A stretch of DNA of 59,521 nt, counting the filler, from Thelocarpon superellum (lineage: Eukaryota), in NCBI GenBank assembly GCA_026025795.1. It is 3 parts of 3 records of this genome, joined end to end, with 100 filler letters (N's around TTAATTAATTAA, not from the genome) between each part and the next. Parts side by side here need not be neighbours in the genome. Positions count along the whole stretch, not along the records: positions 1 to 19,801 come from JAPEUG010000339.1; positions 19,902 to 39,680 come from JAPEUG010000340.1; 1 more part is not named here. One strand, 5' to 3'. The notes under the pieces were generated by a model, which did not search any database, was not told the DNA's origin, and saw nothing but the letters and a program-made list of their open reading frames with translations. This document shows positions 14,729-25,189 of this stretch, one piece after another; positions within the stretch are counted from its first letter, which is position 1; each line of letters starts with the position of its first letter. A program made the position numbers and the translations under genes.

Positions 14729-14780
14729 GCCGTCATAGTAAGGTCCGGGCGTGTGCCGTCATAGTAAGGTCCGGGCGTGT
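14729..14780. repeat. Perfect 26-bp tandem duplication (gccgtcatagtaaggtccgggcgtgt)x2
   Basis: Read directly from the sequence; intergenic. Confidence 0.9.
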
Positions 14781-15238
14781 GCGTGGTATGGTAGTGTGGA
14801 GGCTCCATACGGGAGCTCGAGGCTTCTGAGTAAGCCGCTTCACGTGACCCACAATAGCTGTATATTAGAACGGCGGATAGCTTCCGTAGAATAAGACACC
14901 CATCTCCAGTGGAATGACCGGGGTGCGTCAGTAGCGAAGACGGGATGTGGCGGGGCGTCGGCGGGGGTTCCCCCGGCCATCCGTCAACTGGAATCGCCGG
15001 CTAGCGAGCGACGGCGGTCGCCGGGGTGCTCGCCCACTGCAACACGGCCACGCGTACGGGTACGGCGGTACGTCCTACTGCGGGTGACCCGAAACTTGGT
15101 CGCGATCACGGTCGTCGAATTGGCGGCCGCGGTGCCTCACGTCATGGCTGGAATGTGGCCGCAGTCACCACACTGAATGATGCGTGACGAAAGTGTGCCA
15201 CGAGCTACCATCATCTCCGTGAGCGCCTCCCGCTGGCC

Positions 15239-16528
15239 ATGGCCCTTGCCAATGGCTCCCCGATGGTGAGCTCCGTCATCGCTCCCTCCTCCGTACTGGG
15301 CCCGACTGATCCGATGAGCCAGCACATCGCCCTGACGCCCTTCCGCGCCGCCATCTCCAAGCCGGCGCGGCGTGTCTACATCAGCACCGTGCTCTTCGCC
15401 TCCACCAGCTTCATCTTGCTGGTCCTGTCGCTCGTGGCCTACATCCTCTTCTACGTCAACTTCGTGCCCCACGTCGGCCTCGAGCGGGTGGTGCATCTGC
15501 AGTTCGGGTACGGCCTGGCATCCCCTCGGAGGGCCCGCAGCCACTGACGACCCACCCTTAGCTCGGGCGATCCTCACGGCATCGTCGCGCTCGGCGATCA
15601 TCTCGCCAGCCAGCAGGCCTACGATGTTATCGTCACTCTGGATCTCCCTCGGTCGCCGCCCAACCTCGCGGCGGGCAACTTCATGCTCGACCTCGCCCTG
15701 CTGTCGCCCGGCTCGCCCTCCTACGTGACGGCGCCCACAGACGCGGACGTGCTCGTGCGGTCGCGGCGGCCGGCTCTCCTCACGTACACCTCGCCCCTGG
15801 TGGAGACGGCCAATCGCGCTGCGAACCTGGCGTGGATCGTGCTGGGCTGGCGTCGCGAGGCAGAGGTACTCCGCGTGCCGATGCTGGAGGCCGTCGAGTT
15901 TGGCCGCGGCTGGCGCAACGTGCCGCGCGCGCTGAAGCTGGAGGTGCAGAGCGATGAGAAGATGGCCATCTACAAGGCCGTGGTCACCTTCACCGCGCGA
16001 TTGACGGGGCTGCGGTGGATCATGTACCACCACCGCATCATCTCGCTCGTGGTCTTCGTCTCCGTCTTCTACGTCACGTCGCTCCTCTTCGCCAGCTTGG
16101 CCTGGCTGCTCCTGTCCATGTATCTGTCACCCACGGTCAGCCGTCCCACTGCCGGCACGACGCCCGTCAAGTCGGACCCCGACGCGGCCCTGTTCAAGAC
16201 GGAGGACTCGGAATCCGACGCCTTTGATCTGTCCGATACCCCGCGTACCTTTCCCACCTACAGTCGGCAAGCACCGCTTAGCTATCCCGGTCCCGGGTCC
16301 AGTCGCAGGGTTGAGGTCAAGGTTGAGCCCGACGCCGCGGCCGACGAGGGCGAGGAAGAGGGTGGGGGCGGTGACGACGGCGTCGACGTCGATCGACTTG
16401 GCACCGCCAGCACGGGACGGCGCACGGACTCGGGTCTTGGAACCAGTGTGGAAGAAGGGGGCAGTGAGGCCGCGGGTGTGCCGCGGCGCCGGAGCCGGGG
16501 AGGACGAGGAGGAGTCGGTATCCCATGA
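15239..16528 (+). CDS. Seipin (BSCL2/Sei1/Fld1 family)
   Basis: Two TM segments flank a lumenal domain with V..ERVVHLQFG and QQAYDV.VTLDLPRSPPNLAAGNFMLDL; second TM follows LTGLRWIMYHHRIIS. Intron 15508-15561; probable in-frame intron 15266-15322. Confidence 0.9.
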
Positions 16529-16636
16529 GCTCTGACGTACTGTCTTCGTCATAATCCTGTTGTACACTATTGTCTGGACCGAAGATCTACAGTTTCTCCT
16601 CATGGAGACGCTTCATGAAGACAGCAGCCGTCCCCG

Positions 16637-16690
16637 TCATCTATCACGCTGTCCAGATCCCAATCATCTCTCACGCTGTCCAGATCCCAT
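16637..16690. repeat. Near-perfect 27-bp tandem duplication (tcatctMtcacgctgtccagatcccaW)
   Basis: Read directly; lies between the convergent 3' ends of seipin and the secreted-protein gene. Confidence 0.85.
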
Positions 16691-16767
16691 ACCTGCAGCC
16701 CTTTTCAGCCGGATTCCTCCGTCTGACACTGAACCCCCCCCCCCAGCAAAACGCACTTCCTGCCCCA

Positions 16768-17190
16768 CTACAGGCCCGGAGCCAGAGCACAGACGATGTT
16801 GGGCTGTTTCTCCGCGGCATCGATCGCATTCGTGATACACTTTGTACCCGTGTCGTCGATCCAGAAGCGATAGTCATAAGCCCTCGTGTCCGGCGGATCG
16901 TAGTACAAGGCCAGAGTGCCATAGCGCAACAACTCGCGGTCCTCGACGAAGCCGCGACACGCGTTGAGATTATCCTTCAAGCCCGACCCCGCACCGTCGC
17001 CGCCCTCGCTGTGCATGAATTCCGCGACGGTTTTGTTCCGGATCATGACGATATAGTGATGGTCCCATGGGTGCAGGCGCACGCAGGCGGAGGTTTTGAA
17101 GTCGCCTTGGCCTTGTGCCGTGATCTGTACCGCCAGGAGGAGACCGAGGAGCGCCCCGAGCGACGCTCGCAGCGTGGTCGTCGCCAGCAT
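16768..17190 (-). CDS. Small secreted protein, about 140 aa, 4 Cys
   Basis: Intronless ORF with a signal-peptide-like N-terminus (MLATTTLRASLGALLGLLLAVQITA) and a non-repetitive, globular-looking mature region (GSGLKDNLNAC...TKCITNAIDAAEK...VC). Confidence 0.7.
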   Translation of the reverse strand: MLATTTLRASLGALLGLLLAVQITAQGQGDFKTSACVRLHPWDHHYIVMIRNKTVAEFMHSEGGDGAGSGLKDNLNACRGFVEDRELLRYGTLALYYDPPDTRAYDYRFWIDDTGTKCITNAIDAAEKQPNIVCALAPGL

Positions 17191-17999
17191 GGTATCGGTC
17201 TGTGTCCGTCTCGCTGTCAGCATGCATGGCCTCCTTTTCTTCCGCGTCCATCACGTACGGAGAGGCTCCGGGGAGCGTTGACGGCGGAATCGACGAGTCT
17301 GCACTTTGTCGATCCATGCATCCGTCGCAGGCGTTTGCCTCGTGATATGAAGTATGGTCGGTCAAATCAACTTTCGGCGCACCTTCATGCTGAGTGACCG
17401 GCTAGAACATGGAGGCCACGGGGTAGCGTCGCATGGTTGATGTTGGCCTTGCTTAAGCCAGGCTGCGTGTGCTCCGTGCTTGTGGTCTAGACCGTGCTCG
17501 ATGTTCTCGCCGGAGCGTCGGTGCGCGGATTGAGGCATTACCTTGCTAGATCCATTCGATGTGGACCGCTCGCCGGTGAGTTGCGATGTGTGAACCGCAA
17601 GGTGCAGGATTCATGACCCCTGGCATGCCAGACGGACGCGATAAAGACCGACTCGTGGACTGGTCAGAGAGCAGGTTCCTTGAAGAACTACAGTGAGGAT
17701 CGAACACGAATACTCGTCCATGAGATGGTAGAGAAGACATCCTTTCCGTTCAGCAATGCGTGGGCGTGGGATACGCAACGGCATGAGCGCCGCGGAAGCT
17801 TGAGGCATGCAGGCTAGGTTCTAGCCTGAATCTAGAAGGCGTCCCTGCCGTCCCACTCGACTACCGCCGGCATGATACTAGTCGATGGATGCAGGAGAGA
17901 CATCGGTGCTAGAATAAGGTTGAAGGTCATGATGCCATCAGTGCGCCGGTAGCAGCCGAGACGTGCCCGACATCCTCACACATGAGGCATCAGCGTACG

Positions 18000-19801
18000 A
18001 TGCATATCCTGGTCCGCGCTTCCACGTATCGGTACCTGCACAGGGGCGAGCACTGATGATTCCGTGTCCGCGTCTAGGTGATCAATGATGATGGCCCGCC
18101 GTCGACGCAATCCTCGCCCTACGTGCACTCCCTGGTGCTGGGCTTGCAAGACGCCGGCCACGCCGTCTCCGTGGTGCTCCCACATACCCAGCGATCATGG
18201 ATTGGCAAGGCCCACATGGTCGGTCAGACGGTGAAGCCGACTTATTTCCGCCCCGGGACGTTGCATCAGGATGACGGCACGACGCACCCAACGCCTTTGC
18301 TATCCGGGTCGGGGTCGGGGTCGGGGTCGGAGTCGAGCGAGGAGTGGATGTTACTCGATGGGACGCCGGCCAGTTGTGCGCAAATTGGCATCCATCACTA
18401 CCGACGGGATCGTGGTCCGGTCGACCTGGTCGTGTCCGGCCCCAACTATGGCCGCAACACCACCGCCGTCTTCGGCTTGTCGAGTGGGACGCTAGGCGGC
18501 GCGCTGGAGGCGGCCGTGTGTGGTAAGAAGGCCATCGCTCTCTCCTACGCTTTCTTCTCGCGAAATCATGATCCCGACATCATCGCCGGCGCCTCTCGGC
18601 TGTCGGTCAAGGTGATTGAGTATCTCTCTGCGCATTTCGGGCCCGACGTGGATGTGTACAGCGTGAATGTGCCCTTGGTACCCGAGGTGGAACACCACAA
18701 GATTCTGTACACCCAGATGCTCCAGAATTACTGGTCCACGGGCTCCTCCTTTCAAGAGGTGGATCCCGTCCAAGACCGGCCAGACGCTGAGAAGCACGAA
18801 CGGGAGATCCGTGAGGAGAAGGTGCCCGAGGGTGGAGCGCCCCGCGAGACGGCCCACGTGACGCACAAGCACTTCAAATGGGCGCCCAACTTTTCCGACG
18901 TCTACCAAAGCGTCGAGACGAGTGCGCCAGGGAACGACGGGTGGGCGGTGAAGAACGGGTACACGAGGTAGGCTTTCCCCATCGCCGGACCCTCTCCGGC
19001 CGACGCTGATCCATTCCGACTGGCCCAGTGTCACGCCACTGAAGGCCAATTTCATGCACGCTTCAGGATTGGAGGGCGAGCTGAAGCTGTGAGTCTGACC
19101 GTCAATGTCCTCTGTAAATAGGCGAACGAAGGGGGTGGAAGTGAAGCCTGGGGGTGTGCGTCTGACCATCATGAGGTACAGACGAGATGAGACGGCCGGG
19201 GTGAAGGCTACACTCCAGCCTAAGATGCACTTGCACGTCAGGTACGACGACGCCTATGTGCAACCCATGATCATGTCCGCGCTTGAGCGCGGCCTTGCTC
19301 CATCATCGTATACCCATGTCCGCGGGATCGAGGCGCTTCCATCACCAAGCACCCCCTTCCTCCAGTATTCCTCCTATGAGACCCTCCCCTTTGAGCATCT
19401 CCTTGCACACCCCTCGAGCTCACTGGCCAATGCCTACATCATCCGCAAAGCGCTCATTCGGAAGCACTTCCTCGCCTCGACCATCCATGCGTGGATCACC
19501 AAACACCCAGCGAGCCTGCTCCCGAACCACGTCAAGCCCGCCGTGCAATTTGAGCTAGACTATGCCGAGTTCCTGGACGACGCCTTGGTCGAGGCCTTTG
19601 AGCTCCACCAGGCCTTCCAGCGTAACGCGGAGCGCAAAGCCGTCGAGCGTGAGTGGTGGATCCTGAAGCCGAGCATGAGCGATCGTGGCCAGGGCATCCG
19701 CCTCTTCAGTTCTGAGGACGAGCTGCGTGAGATCTTCCAGGAGTGGGAGGATGCGCAGCCTGGCTCGGACGAAGAGGAGGAGGGGGAGGAGGAGGAGGAG
19801 G
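18000..19801 (+). CDS. PBY1: SurE-like nucleotidase fused to a tubulin-tyrosine-ligase/ATP-grasp domain (Pby1-type); truncated by the spacer
   Basis: MHIL | intron 18012-18077 | VINDDGPPS...QRSWIGKAH...DGTPASC...VVSGPNYGRNT...SSGTLGGALEAA (SurE). Introns 18968-19028 and 19089-19181 join in frame to LANAYIIRKALIRKH...WWILKPSMSDRGQGIRLF (TTL family). Confidence 0.88.
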
Positions 19802-19901
19802 NNNNNNNNNNNNNNNNNNNNNNNNNNNNNNNNNNNNNNNNNNNNTTAATTAATTAANNNNNNNNNNNNNNNNNNNNNNNNNNNNNNNNNNNNNNNNNNN
19901 N
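19802..19901. other. Artificial contig spacer N44-TTAATTAATTAA-N44
   Basis: Six-frame-stop linker inside Ns; unrelated truncated genes on each side. Confidence 0.97.
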
Positions 19902-19902
19902 T

Positions 19903-21951
19903 CGAGACGAGCGGTCCGATCTGAAGCGTCGGCGATTGCAGACGGCCCGGGCCGAGACGGAGGCCGAGCCGGGATGGGAAACGGAGATTGATCTCCTCGG
20001 CGGTGTTCAGTCACTGCTAGATCAGCCGGTGGAGGCCGGGGAACACTCGTACGAGGAAACCCTCTCGTGCGTCCATGTCAATGTCAATCCCAGTCGCCAT
20101 GTCCACCAACGTCACGTCATCCCGCAAGCTGCGCTGATGAGCGTCATGAGTGCCTACGAGCCATTTGGAATTGTGCGACCGCCGACTTCGATTCTGCACC
20201 AGCAACTGGACACGGTTTTGACCGATGCGCCGTGCCCATCCCACGCGAACGACCTCATTCTATCTCATCCCGGACTCTCCTGGTCAAGCTCTTCCAGCAC
20301 CTCACCATCCATCCCTCCGTCGCTCCCACAAGTCGACGAGACCGACATACTGCACAGAGTCCTGCACGCCGTCGTCCTGTGCAAGATGTCGGTAGACTCT
20401 GATCATCTCCTGGCCGCACCTGAAGCAGCGCACCACGCACCCCCTCGCTTGGGCGCTCTGCACACAATCCTGTCCCTGGAAGAGCCGCTTGAGGCGCACG
20501 AGGAGGAGACGCAGTCAACGTCTTCGCCCACGACCGCTCGCCCTTGCTCTCCAGATGTCGTCGCCGAATCAAACCCGCCGTCCCCAGGTCTTGACGTTGA
20601 GGCAGCTACGGAGGAATCCATGTACGAATGCTCACCATTAAAAGCCTCGAAGCCGGACGCACCCTCATCGAGAGCGTCACCGTCGAAAGCGTCTCCATCG
20701 AAAGCGTCTCCATCGAAAGCGTCTCCATCGAAAGCGTCTCCATCGAAAGCGTCTCCATCGAAAGCGTCTCCATCGAACGCGTCACCATCGAAAGCGTCTC
20801 CATCGAAAGCGTCTCCATCGATAGCGTCTCCATCAAAGACCTCGTGCGTCATGAATGAGGAGATCCTCGAGGATCTTATCAGCCTGAATGCCACATCGCC
20901 GTGGCTCGTTCAGTTTGGGGGATCGGCCCACGGTGCAGAGGAAGACCTTATCGCAACGGACGTGACAGAGCAGACGCCGGCACCGGAGGAGTCGGAATCT
21001 GAATCAGATGCCGCAACGGATGGACAAGGGAACATGTCAGCAACTGAAGCAGTGTCGGAGCTGAGCGCGTGTATCGACGAGGATACCAGCATGTTGCAAG
21101 ACTTCCTGGGACGCGTGCGGGCCCGCAAAGCCGCGAAGGAAGCGCAGGAGGCACAGTCAAACAGCCAATCACCCACGGTCTCTTCGACAGCCGCGCGACA
21201 TCCCCTCGGCCACATCAACTCCCACTCGCCGCCTCAGGGCAAGAGTCGCAGTCCCGAGAGCCGGAGGGAAGACCCGCAAGACGAGAACTCGACGGACCGT
21301 CAGGAGCCCGACGCGACGGGACAAGATGCCGAAGACACAGTGACCTTCCGACGCAGCAAGCGCACACGCAACTCCATCGGCGGTAGCTCGAGCACCACCA
21401 GAGGCGCCCACGACGGCCCCAGCTTGATCCCCGTCCGTCGCATCCCCGGCTTCGCGGAGACTGTGGTGCTCGAGCCGTCCGAGGCGCAGAAAGTCGCCAT
21501 CATCACACGCGTCAACACGCGTCGAAACAAAGGCCAGCCGTGCACGCTCGTTTTGAAGAAGCTGAGTGCTCATCCGGTGGATCCGTCATCCCTTGGTCCC
21601 ACTGTGGCCAACACGAACACCAGTCTCAGCGGCGTGGTCATTGCCAGTAGCGCCACAATCGCCAGCAGTTCCTCGAGTACCACCTCCAGCGCCAGCGCAA
21701 CATCAACCAAGAAGCAGAAGAGCGTACGCTGGGACCAGCAACTGACCTACTTCCAAGACGGATCGGGCAAGACGAGCAAGAAGCAAAAGAAGAAGGGGAC
21801 AGGAAAGACACGACGAACACGCTCATCCGACGCCGCCAGAGTCGATGATGCTATCACCGCCACCATCGCAGACGACCGCGTTCAGGGCGCAGATCGCAAC
21901 GTCAATGGCACACCGGCGCCCAAACGCCGCAGACTTACGCTCGAATCATGA
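19903..21951 (+). CDS. Uncharacterised Ser/acidic-rich, probably disordered protein (5'-truncated) with (ASPSK)11 array, KSVRW motif and basic NLS-like tail
   Basis: Frame is open from the gap to TGA at 21949-21951 (more than 680 codons). Contains ITRVNTRRNKG, KQKSVRWDQQLTYF and PAPKRRRL. Confidence 0.75.
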   Translation, partial: RDERSDLKRRRLQTARAETEAEPGWETEIDLLGGVQSLLDQPVEAGEHSYEETLSCVHVNVNPSRHVHQRHVIPQAALMSVMSAYEPFGIVRPPTSILHQQLDTVLTDAPCPSHANDLILSHPGLSWSSSSSTSPSIPPSLPQVDETDILHRVLHAVVLCKMSVDSDHLLAAPEAAHHAPPRLGALHTILSLEEPLEAHEEETQSTSSPTTARPCSPDVVAESNPPSPGLDVEAATEESMYECSPLKASKPDAPSSRASPSKASPSKASPSKASPSKASPSKASPSKASPSNASPSKASPSKASPSIASPSKTSCVMNEEILEDLISLNATSPWLVQFGGSAHGAEEDLIATDVTEQTPAPEESESESDAATDGQGNMSATEAVSELSACIDEDTSMLQDFLGRVRARKAAKEAQEAQSNSQSPTVSSTAARHPLGHINSHSPPQGKSRSPESRREDPQDENSTDRQEPDATGQDAEDTVTFRRSKRTRNSIGGSSSTTRGAHDGPSLIPVRRIPGFAETVVLEPSEAQKVAIITRVNTRRNKGQPCTLVLKKLSAHPVDPSSLGPTVANTNTSLSGVVIASSATIASSSSSTTSSASATSTKKQKSVRWDQQLTYFQDGSGKTSKKQKKKGTGKTRRTRSSDAARVDDAITATIADDRVQGADRNVNGTPAPKRRRLTLES
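20674..20838 (+). repeat. Coding minisatellite, 11 x 15 bp (consensus gcgtctccatcgaaa)
   Basis: Read directly; encodes ASPSK x9 plus ASPSN and ASPSI. Confidence 0.95.
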
Positions 21952-22737
21952 TAGGATAGCGTCTTTGGATGTGCCTCTGCTCTGCTCATTCCGTGTTTCC
22001 TGCATCTGGCGCCTGTCGTGGCTTCTAGCGTGATAGTCGACCGCAGGACACGAATACCACACGATTCCTCTTTTTGTGCGAGCTCTTGTAAGACCGGAAT
22101 CTGATCGGAACAGTCCTCGTGGGATAAGATACGCGTTGGGACAGCAGTGTAGAAAGGAGTACAAGGCGAGCGGCAGATGTCTGTGCCAGCCAGGGGGTGC
22201 CGATACCACCAAATCCCTAGCCTAGACATCTGCTGGCCGCCTCGGTGCACCAATGACCAAGACCCTAGATGCGCTTCCCGCTTCTTTCCCTTCTTCTCCG
22301 CATATCAGAGCAGGCCTAGGTACACCTGTCGACGGGTCGAGCGGGATAAGACGGGACGAGGGAGGGAGAGATGCCGGTTCTATCAGCCCACTGGAAGGCT
22401 ACTCTTTCGCACACTCGTTGCGAACCAGACTGAGACTGCAGGCTGCAGCCTCCAGCGTAGACCGCGTCAACGCTTATCATGCAAGGGGTTCTCCACAATC
22501 CAAGGGATTCATCATCAACACTCACTGTCACTCCCGCCTGTGTTTGCACTTGCCTTTGCACGATCGCCTTCGCGGTAGATACGCAACCTGCGTGTACTCG
22601 TACGAGTAGGGTAGGGTTCTATCCCGCTCAGCGTTCTGTACGAGGGTACCTGCTCTTTGCGTAGTGTCGCGTGCGCTCAGTCTACGCATGCTGACTTGGC
22701 TGTCTACAGGTACCACGGTCCAAGTAGAGCAATTAGG

Positions 22738-22792
22738 GAGAGGGAACGAGGGAACGAGGGAATGAGGGAGCGAGGGAACGAGGAAACGAGGG
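22738..22792. repeat. Degenerate 8-bp tandem repeat (gagggaac)n
   Basis: Read directly; about 70 bp upstream of the LTR element. Confidence 0.8.
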
Positions 22793-22862
22793 TCCGAGCC
22801 ATATCTGCCCGAGTGCTCCCTCACTCAAAGCCATCCGGAGGTACTCCTCCTAGCATCGAGCG

Positions 22863-22993
22863 TGTCAGGATTGCAGGTCACGTGGACTGCCACGTGACCC
22901 CTCAGCTCATACAACTAGCAAGTTTGCTCTAGCTTAGCTAGTTAGACAATACAATCACTAGCTTCTACCTGAATAAAGGCTGAGAGCCTGACA
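22863..22993 (+). repeat. 5' LTR (131 bp)
   Basis: Matches 30765-30895 except at 22925 and 22981. Contains AATAAA (22972-22977) and a hairpin with two CACGTG boxes (22876-22899). Confidence 0.97.
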
Positions 22994-22996
22994 GCC

Positions 22997-23004
22997 TGGT
23001 AGCA
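22997..23004 (+). promoter_or_regulatory. Putative primer-binding site (tRNA-iMet type)
   Basis: TGGTAGCA begins after a 3-nt spacer downstream of the LTR. It is one G-to-A change (at a CpG) from TGGTAGCG, the Ty3-type complement of the initiator tRNA-Met 3' end. Confidence 0.6.
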
Positions 23005-23290
23005 ACACTGTTCAACAATCCTGTCCTCAGCGACACTTCCCCAGCACATAGACACTGTGTGGGGATATCCTACTGACTTCTTTAGACCCTGACATACATG
23101 GCCAGTCTGGACATTCTGAGCCCAAGATTCACTTGATCAAGCTCTTCAACTGACAGGAGAGAAGTAAAAAAACCCACTTCAACCCCCACTTCAACCTCCC
23201 ATCCCAATCTCATTTCCCTTTGCCCTTCTCACCATTTTGTCTCCCTTGTCCATTCTGCTCCTTTCTCCCATTTCGCCCTCTACCTTCATT

Positions 23291-25189
23291 ATGGCAGATT
23301 TGGTTGAGCCCTCTGCAGAGGAAGGCTGTCAAAATCAGAATGGATCATTGGCCTAGGTCGAATCACCCACAAACCTGCCAAGACAGCTAGACAAAGGAAA
23401 AGGACAAGCCAACACCTTCTACTAGAAAGGGGACTACATCAAGGAGTCAGTCCTTCTGTTCTATGTCCTCTAGCAGATCAAGAGAGACCCAGACCACACC
23501 CTTTTCAATTACTTTGTGGCAACTGATTATGCTACAACCTGAGCAATGGTCTGAACCCTGGGAAAGGGGCAGCAACAGAAGCTGTTTACTAAGGCACAAC
23601 AATCCTGTTGTCTTGATGACAACCCTCTAACAAGTAAGGACATGCTCAAGGACCTAATCAATCAGGTTAGGAAGGGACCAAGCATACTCAATGAAGAAGA
23701 CTTGAGTAGTGACCTTGACCTAGAAGGGTCTCCAAGGCCTTCTTCACAGGAACAAATAGATGTGCTAGAGTCCTAGGTCAAAGCACTCCTCAGGCACCAG
23801 TCCCTAGCTCCAGACACCCACAGGAGAGAGCAAGCTGTAGAGGACCTGTTTCAAGTCACTCAACAACCATCCCAGCTGTTTCAACTACCTGCATACCCTG
23901 TTACTTGAAGCAGCAGACTAGTGGATGCCTTTGAAGAGTGTCATCAATCAGCATCATTAGCAGCAGCTACCCACCCCTTGTCACAACAGGGACAGTACTA
24001 TCCAAACTTGCAAAACAACCCCTAGGGACACTACTCCTAACAACTGTTTAGCACTGAGTACTAGGACCAAAACCCACCAGACAGAGACACAATGGGACCA
24101 CAAAAGCCTTGCCTGAACCTGAAGGAGATCACTATTTTTGACCCATCCAAGCTGGAGATGTCAGTCCATTCTTTCATTAAGAGGTTCTATCAAATCGCTG
24201 ACTTGGAAGGAATGGATGTGGTGATGAGGGTCTTACTAATGTGCCTTGAAGGCACAGCTCAAGATTGGTATATCAGCCTTGCAGGAGCTGAGACTTGACA
24301 TCTTCACCACAATCTGTGATACTAGGAAGAGCTCTTGATTGCCTAGTTTGTAGGCAATAAGTAGGAAGCATGGGGAAGAGCACAGAGAATCAAGTTCTAG
24401 TTCAGCACAGAAGACAAGACATCCCTATCCTAGTACATCTACTAGAAAGTCAATCTCTTTCACAAGGGAGAATTGTGGGAAGAGGATGAGATTGTTTACT
24501 CCCTGTGGCAAGGCCTGGACCCACACCTGATGGCAAATGTACAAATTCAGCTACAGGGAAATACGATTGCCAGATTTACAAGAGATGCCCAAGATGTGTA
24601 CTACACAAGCCAGCAACTGTGGACAGAGCACAACCAAGGCTGTTTCCCTAGACCAACTAATTCTGTGAGTCCCTGGGTGACTAATTTCACAAGTGTCCCT
24701 AGGAGCAATTCCTATGAGTGACAAGACAACAACGCCTGCCTCACCCAACTAACCTAGGATTCCTCCTCCAATCTCTGCTTCTTGCAACTGCTGCAGTTGT
24801 TAGAGTTGAAAGGAAATGAGGGAATTCTGGCCTAGCGAAATCACCTGGATACTAGCGCACCCTGAGGAGTGACAGCAAAGGCAGGTTCCTGCTTCATCTG
24901 CAGTAGTATGGAGCATTGGGCAAATTGTTGTCTAGAGAAGAACTCAGTGAGTGGTAGAAGGAATCTGTTGACATGTGTCTGCTTCATCAATGAGGAAACT
25001 GACATGCTGTTAGACAAAGAGATGATGTCTATCCCAATAGGTGAATTCCATAGACTTATAGAAGCCTAGTACAGGAGCAAACTGGGACAACAGGCCCCTT
25101 TTGACAAAGATGTTGATATGGGAGAGTTGCCCAACACATCAGATTCCAAACCCCTACTACCACTACTACACTGTGATGCAAAAAACTAA
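23291..25189 (+). pseudogene. gag: gag, multiple premature stops
   Basis: Single frame from ATG 23291 through ORF fragments 24092, 24473 and 24869. Capsid-like FDPSK...FIKRF...LEGTAQDWY; zinc knuckle CFICSSMEHWANCC (CX2CX4HX4C); TAA at 25187-25189. Confidence 0.85.

Noticed and set aside
14850..15135. GC-rich, potentially structured stretch considered as SRP RNA, RNase MRP or snRNA
   Set aside because: No diagnostic conserved motifs were found by eye; an Infernal search would be needed.
16570..17397. 275-aa plus-strand ORF
   Set aside because: Antisense to the more plausible signal-peptide ORF; no recognisable features.
19802..19901. TTAATTAATTAA palindrome within Ns (also 39725-39736), and gene adjacency across it
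   Set aside because: An artificial six-frame-stop linker. The PBY1 truncation and VPH1-APL2 proximity are not biological evidence.
20674..20838. Possible CRISPR-like array
   Set aside because: Head-to-tail repeats with no unique spacers, in frame in a eukaryotic CDS, with no cas genes.
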